Shown: positions 42,501 through 54,500 of the stretch, piece by piece | Numbering within the stretch: the stretch's first letter is position 1 | Layout of the letters: the number at the start of each line of letters is the position of its first letter | Source: Tubiluchus corallicola | Taxonomy: Eukaryota; Animalia; Priapulida | Length of the DNA: 64,000 bases | Assembly (NCBI GenBank): GCA_030141605.1 | Contig: JAQGDQ010000024.1 | Coordinates: 868,001-932,000, forward strand | Direction of reading: 5' to 3' | The notes under the pieces: model-generated | What the model saw: only the letters and a program-made list of their open reading frames with translations | The model's database searches: none | Told to the model about the DNA's origin: nothing | Translations under genes and position numbers: made by a program

Positions 42501-45500
42501 GGATCTTCTCAATGGAGTTTTGGTCGCCACTTCAACAGCTTTCTATTTTGTGCACAATGACAAGTTATGCCTGATTTTATCATATTTAATATGTCTGACG
42601 CTTTGTCAATGCTGTAACAATGCTATGCTGATTGCGTTCGACAGATACGTAAGCATCACGAGACCTCTACATTATTATCAAATCGTCACAGAAAAAAGAA
42701 TGGTAGTGATGATACTTGTCTCGTGGATATTTGCTTTTCTCACACCAAGTTTGTCGCTGACTACATTTAAGAGAACGTCCATATCTGAAGAATGTCGTAT
42801 ATTTTTCATTATAAAAGATGTTATTCACAAACTGTGTTTTGTTGTAGCCATACTACTTTTTCTAGCTATCTTTGCAGTGTACATCCAAGTGTGGATCATT
42901 GTTAGGCGACACAGCAGATCAAGAATTCACTCAGAGCACTCTGATGGATATACAGGTCAGTTAAAGAAACACTTGTCTGATGCTAAACCATTTCTAATTG
43001 TTCTCAGCATTTTCTTCATTTTCACATGTCCAATGATAATAGCATATGCCTTAGCAATGTTTAATGTGCATTATCAAAAGTTTGACATGGCAGCTGTCTT
43101 GACGTTCTACTTAGGCACTGCAGCAAACCCAATATTCACCATTCAAGACAAAAAAGTGAAAAGTGCAGTGAAACAACGTCTAACCAGGTGGATGCAAAAA
43201 TGCAAATATGGCAGTCAAAGCGAACAGCAGTAAACCTCAGTAAGTTTTAAATTTCTATTAAACTACAGTGGCAATGGCATATGGAGTTATTTACAAGAAC
43301 GTATCCTCAAAAAGTTTATAAAGGCAATAATTTTAATAAAGATATCGAAGCCAAGTTGTAACAGCGGAACTCAAGTTTAAAATCATGGGCAGTCATGTAT
43401 TGCTTATTATAACAAGCAGCCAAGTTTTTATTTAGTAGTTTTATGCTATGTAAAAAGAAAAAATAACAATCTGTTACCGACAAAAAAGTTAATTTGACAG
43501 TACAAACATTATTGAAAATAAAGCAATATATAGATATATTCTTAATTCTTCTGTGAAATAATCATGTCTCCAGCTTCCAAATAATTAGCAAAAGCATGAA
43601 ATGTAAACACAGCATAAATATATAATTGTTTTTAGAAAAAGCAGTTGCCAATTACTAAAGACATTTCAAATCAATGTTCAGTGTGAAATAGATGCTTCTA
43701 GAAACGTCTGGAAATAATTTTTAAGAAAAAAGTTTCTTGCAAAAGAAATTATTTCTGCAGAAAACTTTCAATGAAAAAGTGAACAAAACTTGCTTGAAAG
43801 TCACCTAAAACCAAATTATAAGATTGCCAACAAATGTAGTTGATGTTGTTGGCAATTTCCAAGGGTTTATTCACATACGTTACACAGTGTTATTATGAGC
43901 TATATTGATACAAAAGGCGAGAACTTTTATTTGTAAATACAAAAACTCCACTCAAGTAGAGCAATTGATAATGTTTTTATGCCTAAAGCATCATATATCT
44001 TTTGTTTTGTAAATGAGCATGACAAATAAATAGCATTAGTCAAAACACTGAACAATAGCAGGTAACAATAGCTAAACAGATAAAAAAACGAGCAGTAATT
44101 AAAAATATCTAGCTAAAAACTCAGCAATTATTAAGCAAACATGGGCTGTCACATATAAATTAGTGTAATGTTGACTTGCTAAGCACAGTGTATGAGATCA
44201 AAAAGCAAAACTGTTTTTGTAACAAAGACAGAATATCATTAGACTCTCGAGCTTAAGCTTCCTTCAACACAAGAATAGCAGAAACAGAACTTAGGCACAA
44301 ACAGAACATATGCACATATTATGTATTTTCTAGTGCAATTACTACAAGCCAAAGCAAAAAAGATTCCATTTATGAAAGTGCAGTTTTGTACCATCAAGTA
44401 ATCATAATAGCATGAAGCTAAGTTTACAAGCAGCATCTTTATTAAACAGGGTTATCGTAACTTGTTGCCACTTAAACAAACAACAGAATGCGCAGCATCC
44501 AAAGGTGAACACATAGTGAGAAGCATAAACGATAGTTATGCGGTGAAAGCAAAAATGAACACCTCTCTGAATTTCACATTGGCTGAGAGCAGCCTAAGGT
44601 TATATACAGAACTGCATTATTCAGAAAACAGCATACAGTTTTTATGTGCAGTACAGATACTTACGGGAACATTTAGCATCATCATTAATACGCTGATTAT
44701 AACTTCACTAAAAAACAGTGAGGCACTGACAGAACCGTCACATAAGATTATCATTAGTTTATCATGCACGGATCTTCTCAATGGAGTTTTGGTCGCCACT
44801 TCAACCACTTTCTATTATGTGCACAATGAAAAGTTATGCTTGACTTTATCATATTTAATATGTTTGACGCTTTGCCAATGCTCTAACAATGTTATGTTGA
44901 TTGCGTTTGACAGATACGTAAGCATCACAAGACCTCTACATTATTATCAAATTGTGACAGAAAAAAGAATGGTAGTGGTGATATTAGCCTCCTGGATTTT
45001 TGCTTTTCTAATACCAAGTTTATCAATGACTGTATTAAAGAGAACTTCAAGTTTTGAAGAATGCCGTATATTTTACATTGTAGAAGATGGTACGCACAGA
45101 CTGTGTTTTGCTGTGGTCATACTACTTTTTCTAGTTATCTTTGTAGTGTACATCCGAATGTGGATCATTGTTAGGCGACACAGCAGATCAAGAATTCAAT
45201 CAGAGCTCTCTGGCAAATATGCAGCTCAGTTAAAGAAACACTTGTCTATCGCTAAACCATTTCTAATTGTTCTCGGCATTTTCTTCATTTTCAAATGTCC
45301 AATGATAATAGCAATGGCCTTAGCAATGTTTAATGTGCATTATCAAAAGTTTGACATTGCAGCTGTCTTGATGTTCTACATAGGCACTGCAGCAAACCCA
45401 ATATTCACCATTCAAGACAAAAGAGTGAAATGTGCAGTGAAACAATGTCTAACTAGGTGGATTAAAAAGATGCAAAAATGACAGTCAAAACGGACAACAG

Positions 45501-48500
45501 TAAACCTCAGTAAGTTTTAAATTTTATGTTAAATTACAGTGGCCATGTCATAATGAGTTACTTACAAAAACTTATCACCCAAAAGTTTATAATGGTAATA
45601 ATTTTAATAGAGAATTATGATATCGAAGCCAAGTTGTAACAGGGGAACTCAAGTTTAAAATCATAGGCAGCCAACTATTGCTTATTAAAACAAACAGCTG
45701 AGTTTTTTTAAACTTGGTAGTTTTTTGCCATGTGAAAATCATAAAAAATAACAAACTATTGTCGACACAAAAGTTAATTTAACAGTTTAATTTAGACAGT
45801 ACAAATGCATTTGACTGTAAAGCAATACGTGCTTAACTTTCAGTGAAATAAATCTCCAACTTTCAAATAATTCACAATCATGATTAAATTATTTTAAAAG
45901 TGTGAAATATTAACATAACATAAATATATAATTGCTTTTAGCAAAAAGTAGCCCAAAATCTTCCCAATTACAACACTAAACTGCTAGATTGAACAGTTAC
46001 GTATTAAAGACATTTTAAATAAATGCTCTCTATGAAACAGATGCTTTTAGAAAAGTCTGTAAATAGTTTGTAAGAAAAGAATGTCTTGACGAAGAAATTA
46101 TTTGTGCAGATAGCAGAAGAAAAAGTGGACAAAATTTTTTGGGAAATGCACCTAAAACAAAGTTATTTGATCCTCAACAAATGTGGGTGATGTTGTTGGC
46201 AATTTTTAAATGCTTATTCACATAGGTTACATGATGTTATTATGAATTATACTTATACAGAAGGTGAGAAAGTTTATTTGAACGTGCAAAAACTAACGAT
46301 CAAGTGGTACAACTGGCAATGTTGACATTTATCAAGGTAAATAACATAGAGATGCCATAAAATCCTCAGAGGCACAGCTAAATACAAGTTCGAAAAATTT
46401 GGTAATTATTTGATAAATTTGGTGCGATATTAAGACCAGTGTTGTAGTACTCAAGTCTCAAACTTGGACTCGAGCCTGACTGGAGTCATAATTTACTTTA
46501 TAAGACTTTATAGGATTGTCAACTTGGACTCCCGTGAAACAGACTTGAGACTTATCTTTTACTTGTAATAAATTACTAGCGACTTGACTCAGACTCAAAA
46601 TGACAAAACAGTCACTTTGACTGGCGACTCAAACTGCATGGACAGTAAAACAAACAATAATTATGCATGCTGCAACACCGTGGGCAGTAAAACAAACAAT
46701 AATTACGCGTGTTATAACTGCGTGGGCAGCAAAATAAACAATAATAACCCAAATTTTATAACCAAGTAATTACAACCTTCATATTTATTGTATTTATGAA
46801 TGTATTTCAACTCCACGTGCGAATGATGTTTGTTGTCTGTAGCCATGATTATATTATGCCTAAAGTGTAATTCTCAGTCTCCAGTTCACCGACTGTGTCC
46901 ACGCCTTCATTCAAATTATTCCATGTTATTATGACGTTAAACATACACTTGACAATACATCAGAAAAGTTCAAAATACATCATACACAGATTTTCTAATA
47001 GCAGGTTGCTTAAGCTGCTAGTGTGCCTATTAAGTGAAAGGGCCTTCAGTCAAAGTAGTTGATTAGCAAGAACAAACAGAGCTCAGTATGTCAGATAAAA
47101 ACGTATTTGGTAATTTTGACATAGTGTTACTTAAATGCATTAAGTAACTTGAATATAATATTGATTGTAATGTCACTCTTATGATGTATATACTTTATAT
47201 ATAACAACACTGCAAAATTGCGATTAAACTATAAAACCATTTGTAAATTAATTTGTCTTGCACAGATAGGCTGATGTATAGAAAATTTATCATGTTACTA
47301 TATCGCTATTACTCAATAAACTTAGTGTAGCAAACAGGAATTTGATAATTGATTAAACATTTGATTGTTTTGACTTGAAACATGAACTTGAAGTTGAACA
47401 TGATCATATGAACATAAAGTAGGACTCGACTCAGATGTATGTAGAGTGAGTGTAGAGTAATGCAGTGTAGAGAGATGTATGTAGACATAGTCACTCAAGA
47501 CTTGACTCAGATTAGTACATAATGACTCGCGCATTGGCGTGGACGTGGATATAATGACTTCAGACTTGACTGACATTAGTACATAATGCCTCAAAACTTG
47601 GCATGCCCGTAGACATAATGACTCGAGACTTGATTTGGACTTGTACATAATGACTCGAGACTTGATGGACTTGAACATAATGACTCGAGACTTGGCTCAA
47701 TTTTGAGATTTGGGACTCGACTTGAACATGAGCTGACAGACTTGAATATAATAATACTGATTAAGAATGCATAATAAGAGCAACCATTTTCTGATTAATT
47801 CAGTTCACATTCAGAAAACTGAAAATGAATATCTTTGCACTACGCATTAAAAAACTGTACTAAATTCTGGTGTGGGCGATTTTGTAACTGTTCTGGAATT
47901 TACTGTCGTTAGTTTTAATTTGACTGTCATTGTCGCTGCAGCAGCAGTACACCTCTGCAACAGCCATCACACACAATCCTCAGTTTATTGTGTTTGCCAT
48001 AAGCAGAAATTATGCGGAAATTTCAACTTTGCCTTATTCATGAGTGGTATTTTATAGGTAACGCTGTTTGCCAAGCTATGGCACATTTAATATGTGCAAC
48101 AATATGCCAGTCTGCTAACATTATGATACTCATTGCTCTAGATGAGTACAGGTAAGCAACCACTGCAAGAACTCTTTATTATGGCCAGACATACAGTGAT
48201 GGACAAAACTGCGTGAATCACAATCAATACTTCTTGACTGTTTGACTTCATTTTTTCACGCTTCTTGTTGTCGTTACAGGGCATCACATTCTTTCATAAA
48301 TATGACATAGCCGACAGGTATGGCAAGACTAATGGACATGCATAGACTTTGTTCATTAATAAGTGTGCACTGCTTTTGTTGATTATTGTAACAGCATGGA
48401 ATATTGCTAAACAACATAGCAAATGAAATCATGCAGTGAAGGATGAAAGCAGCCGTGAAACTCAGTTGGAAAGACAGACATCAGTAGCTAAGGCATTTTT

Positions 48501-51500
48501 GCTAATTCTGGTTTATTACTGCACCAGCACCGATTCACTGACTTAATGTCAATGAGTTTAGCAATGTTTGATAAATGAAATGTACAGTTAGAAATTATAG
48601 CAATCTTTTTGCTGTTCATGGGAGCTACAGTAAATCCATCATTTGCTATTCAAAATAAGGAAATCAAGTCAGTGTTGAAAAGAAGTTTAAGTTGGTGGAC
48701 TCAGTACTTCAATAATAGCAGCTAACTTGTTTAACGTATAGTCACGTGTTAAAAAAGATGTAACGTTTTAATAACAATTACTGACTGTATAAAATACATG
48801 AACTATGAGTACTGCAATAGCATTTGCAAAACAATTTACCTCTTGCCTTCCAGACAGGTGTCATTCTCAAAACAAGGACAAGAGTTGCTGAAAGTCGCAC
48901 CAGCCCAGCTTTGTTGCTGCTTGCCATCATAGGATTTCCAAAACGTAAACCTGAGCACAGGAAACTTTAAAATGAGAACGTAAAGTAAAATGTGACTACG
49001 GCAAGCGCTTGAAAATGAAAATTGAACATCTGATTCGAACTGGCATTAAAATTTCTTATTAAATCGACTATGCTTTTAAAATATGAGAAATTCGTACAGT
49101 TGCTGCTGTGAAACAGTCGTAAGAAAATCACGTCTTTTTTACGTGATCATTCATCGTTCATGTGAAATGATTGTACAGAATTAAAGACAGTTTGTCATGC
49201 TAGTTCTAAATACTTGCCACATTCGGTTGCGAGCGCCTCATTTTAGTGCATGAAAGCAGTACATCTTGCATACATTTGATAATCCTGAACCAAATTTTAT
49301 TGCACAATTTATCAAAATCGTCACGTTTTACCAACAAAACATATAATGTGACATATCATACCTTGAACCAGTATCTATAAAACTGTGGATGAGGCTGGAC
49401 TGGCACTCATATCTCAAATATTGATCACAGAAATCTGAATGTTTCACCAGACTTCTAATCTGGTCTATTGCGACACCTATAAAATGGATTTTTACAAACA
49501 GCAATGAAATTTACACGAAATTTAGCAATGTTAGCCAATCAATCGCTTTTGAAAAAATGTTCATTTGTCGCAGAAGTCATTCAAAATGGAAAAAAATCCT
49601 ACTTTAGCAAAAGGAGGAAAATAAGACATATTTGCATGATGGAAAAAGTAAGCATGAGTGAACTTAAATGAGTAATGAGTAAGCATAAATAATACCATCA
49701 TATATGATGTTTTTGCTGTAACTTCCGGCTGCCTCATAACCGTCAACTAATTCACAGTTTTCGGCACTGTGATGTATGGTAGTTACAACCATAGCTGAAA
49801 ATAGAATACTAGTACAGAAAGACTGCTTTTAAGTAATAAAACATGCCTATAAGGAGAAATCCTTAATAAAGCTTTAATATTTAAATTAGGCAAATAAGTA
49901 TATCACTGAGGTGGTGACAGCTAGACTACGCATCCTGTTTATTATTTAATTTGCCCGTTTATAATTTAAGGTATTACTTTGTTCAGGTTTCATTAATGCA
50001 GTGATGCAGTTTACTTGATCTCTGAGTTGCTTGGTGCTAATGTTACCAGTTCTACAAGTATTTACCTAAATAATACTGTCTGTCATGGTTCAACGCAAGT
50101 TAGTCTTCCAAGACTGCAGAAACAGAGCACTAACATCCATTTTCATTTCTTGTTAAACAAAAAATGACACTCTTGAATATTTCTCATCAAGCACATTAAA
50201 TTTATTTAGATGACCAAAGTAGATATCAGAGAAAGAAACTAATAAGAAACTATGTAACCAATAAACACTGCTGGGGCATGAAGCAAAAATAAAAAGAAAT
50301 TTTACAAATCGTAGAATGCATCTGCTAACATCTGCTAAGTTGTTACAAAATGTGCTTCATTTGCTAAGTATTTGTTATTTTTACACAATTTGGCATCCTA
50401 TATGCCAACAACTAATAGTTCACGTGAGAACTGCTTAATATAGATAACTGTGGCAGGACCAGGTTGTGGTTGGATAGAGCTACAGAGGTAACGGACTGTG
50501 GCAGGACCGGGCTGTGGCGGGACCAGTCATTAGCTTTACCAGATTCCTGATAATTACCCAGCTATTCAGTGCATTATAACAGTGACTAATATTAGTATTT
50601 TTATCAATCAGCACACACCAAGACCACTTTATTTTTGAATGACAGACTTCAGCTTTTAAGCTGCATTTACAAGCAGAATCAGCAAGTATAAACAAACCTT
50701 TGCACGCAGCTTTGCATTCCTTTTCGGTTTCAAAGTTGTTATCATTACCGTCACAACCACCGTAAACAAATCTTTTGCATTCATTCTCTTCCGCATCGAA
50801 ATACCAGCGACGGAAAAGTGCAAAGCAAGGTCCAGGATCTGCTTCCTGATGACATGAGTTGCTTTCTGCAAGTGTTATTAGGCGACTAAAGATACTTGCT
50901 TTAACATGCAACTTAATTTCAATATTCTGAGCTATACTTAAATCATACAATGGTGCAGGTTTTTTGCAAGTAATGGCATGGAATTAATTTGCACACTTCA
51001 CAAAGTTACGGAAGGAATATTTTTGTAAAAGACCTTGGATGTGACATACTTAACTAGTATGAAAAAGATCAACAGAAACAGCGGCAGGTCACAATCCAAA
51101 TAATACCTAAATTTACCAAGCATTACTGAATAAACACAAGTGTCATCTATGTTTAACATCAACAAAATTGGAAACAAACAAAAAATGGCCAAAATACACA
51201 CATTAATACAGTTCACAGTATATTCACATTAGACATCAACTCAAGAGGAGCCATATATAAAGAGCAGTTAGAAGACATTTGTTATTAAATTCTTCAAAGT
51301 ATAGGTGGAGACCAAGTAAATAGAGTTTGCAAAGTTTTAAGGTATAAATAACAATCAATATGTTAAATGCACTTGGTAAATAATTCCTGTTTTGGAAAAG
51401 CTACGATCATCAAGGCTATACTGTGTTTATAACTTTGTTGATAAGAAAGGTTTACAAATATGAGTGCTTTAAATACGTAATATTACGTCATTTTTAGAAA

Positions 51501-54500
51501 TCATGCAAGAATCAAGTACAAAACATACTAATTTCATAAGAACAAGATGCCAAAAATGGTGGCAGTCCTCCATCTCCATCCGAGTCAATCATATACATTC
51601 CTGGCTTGCCATCAGGTGCCATTTCGTCACAAGAACTGTAAACTATAAATCAACAATTGATAACAAGTATTTGAATAGGTACAAAAAATTTTTATAAGAT
51701 AAATAAGAAACAGGAAAATTTCAAATTTTCCAAATTGATTTTGTATCATGTGTAAAAAAATACATGCTCTATTTGTCTTGACCAATGAAAAATAATTGGT
51801 CAAGAAACAAGATTTAATACTCATCACAGCATCAGTACAACCTCTGCCTGTTCTATTTTCTTTACCAAAGTGAATTACATTATAAAACTATGCTAACTTA
51901 GCTTAACACATAATTCCATCTTCATTGGGCTTGCGCTTATGTTCACCAGTTTTTAAAACATAAGCCTCTTACTTGACTTTTCTAAAACAGTTTTGCACAC
52001 TGCGAGCTGGAATACCACATTCTGTTAAAGCATATTACTACTTTTGAATCATAGGACCAGAACAGCTTTTTATTTATGATAAACCTTAAAGAATGAAAAC
52101 TAAGATGACAAGTATCTTTGTATAGCAAGTAGAGCTAATATTTGGATTTTTTTCAACAGTTGTATTTCTGTAAAATGGCATCACTTTTCACAACAGTGTA
52201 AATCTTATTTAAGAATAAACAAAATTCAAAAGCATCAGAAAAATCTAATGTAAAATTTAATTACATATGCAGTCTGAACTTACCGTATACGTATTTCTGT
52301 GCACTCGCATATCCTTTATTATTCTCTGCTTCACAATAGTAAAGGCCAAAATCTGCTTCTCTTAAATCTAGGATATGCAAAGTGCTCGTCGTCGTACTTC
52401 CATCGCGCTGCGTAGAAATTCTATATTTTTCACCTTTTGTTATTCTTTTCTCATTGAAGTCAAACCACATTATTTTGGGTCTAGGATTTGCCTGGACAGT
52501 GCAAATCAACGAGCCAACAAGGTAGTCCGTTGAAGCACTGTCAAAGTAAACTCTCAAAGGCATGCTGGTGTCAATCTCTGGCTCAACTGAAATACAAGCG
52601 AGCAGATTTGTTGATTAATATTTCAACCACATTTATCTTTCAAGATGTTGGCAGAATTAATAAGCTTCAGTGCTTAAGATGTTATAGAAGTACTTACATT
52701 CAACATTAAGCACAATGTGTTTTGCTTCATAACCAACTCCATCAGTTGCAAAGCACGTGTATTCACCGGCATCATCTTTTGAGACAGACAGCAAGTTATA
52801 CTCTGCGCCAGTACTATAAGTACAAAACAACAAATAATGTAAATTATTTAAACAAACAAAATCCTATACTGCTTCAGAGCACAACAATGCTTTCAACTGA
52901 TCAAATGATCAACTGATAAAAACTAAATGCCATTCATAGTACACACACAAAACATAGTAATACACTGAACCCTTTTACACGCAGCAACTTAGGTATACTT
53001 GTAATACAATATCTTACAGATACTTGCCAAGTTGTGTGACTGAATTTTGAATAAACTCCCTTACATGCTTACACTTTTGTGATAAATAATTTACAGCAAC
53101 TTAGGTATACTTATAATACAATACCTTACAGATACTTCTCATGTTGTGTGACTGAATTTTGAATAAACTCCCTTACATGCTTACACTTTCGTGATAAATA
53201 ATTTACACAAGTAAATAACTTACAATATGCCTCACATTTTCAAATTAAAATTTTTCATCTCTTTACAAAAAAAATACAGAAAATAGAAGTGCCCTTAAGA
53301 AAAAATTAGCGTTTTTTTTAATACATCTACCTCACATTGACACCATTTCTTTGCCAATAAATGAAGGTGTCATCGCCACGTTCAATGTCGCACAGTAACT
53401 GAGCTTCAGTTTTTGCATCGACTGTCAACTCATCATCTTGGATTATGATATTCAGAGCATCTGAAAGTGAGCATCGTAATTTAGAAATACAAACTTTAAA
53501 ACAAAATGCACAATTTTACGTCAATTTAAAATATTCAAATTATATTTTTTAAACTAAATAGCGTTACATCTTATACCTCACGATCAGAATATTAGAACGT
53601 ATCTTTTAAAAAAGAACTGAAACTAACAACGGTCTAACTAAAAAGATAAGAAAAATGTTAAATTATTCCCCTCTCTGGTATACTTACAACAGAGCAATTG
53701 GGAAATGAACTGTATATGTGCTTACAAAATAGTTCTATAACACAGTCCTAGCTGTATTAAATACAAATGTGCAATAAGAATAATTTAGGTAACACAACAA
53801 AATTACAACAATAACTATAATAGGCCTATAAAAACTGCACTGCAACAAAGAAGTCCAAAACAAATTTCATGCAAGACAATGCTCAGCCAGTAAACTGCCC
53901 AGGGTACAAAAATTCTGATATTTTAAGTAAAATGCTATCACCCACAGCCTGGTGCAGAGGGACATTAAACTTTTCATGAACACATTTTCCCAAAAGTAAC
54001 AGTGAATAAATTCAGCTAAAATCAATCTCAGTTTAGGGGGACAATAAAAAACTGGAGAAGTGTGCTTTGACAAAATGTAACTAGAGCCAGTGTGCACTAC
54101 AAACTGTACAACTTTGAAGTGCACATTATTAAAGTGAAAGCTGAATGAAATATACAGTGCACCGACAAAAATAACCAGCTGGCACAATATGTTATTATTG
54201 ATTTATGTACTAAAGTGCTACGCAATCAGTTTGTGATAGCCAATTTGGCAATTGAACTTATTCAGTCAAATTGTTTTAAAATTGTCTAACTGCACATACA
54301 TGTATGTACTTTAATTAGATATAATTCTTTACTTTTTACATCAAAGCAGCGAAGTTTAAATTTAATTACTGAAATGTATTACAAAAGAAAATCTTTCATT
54401 TTGTGTAAAAACTAATGCAAGCAAAGACCAATCAAGCAAATGTGCACATAGACAAAACTATTCAAAGTTAAATAAAGTAACTATCTGCTAAATGAAACCC

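Noticed and set aside
36462-44808. Recurrent 60-63 aa minus-strand ORFs (MVEVATKTPLRR...)
   Set aside because: Antisense shadows of the duplicated GPCR coding sequence.
36400-45481. Assigning the GPCRs to adenosine, amine or melanocortin receptors
   Set aside because: Only generic class A motifs are present; there is no TM3 amine-binding Asp and no diagnostic residues.
50066-50113. Short AG...GT-bounded segment between Kunitz 2 and fibrinogen-like part b
   Set aside because: Stop codons in all three frames.
30321-51642. Calling the host gene CNTNAP/Neurexin IV or axotactin
   Set aside because: Only the fibrinogen-like (and Kunitz) modules are shared; no LamG, EGF or discoidin exons were found.
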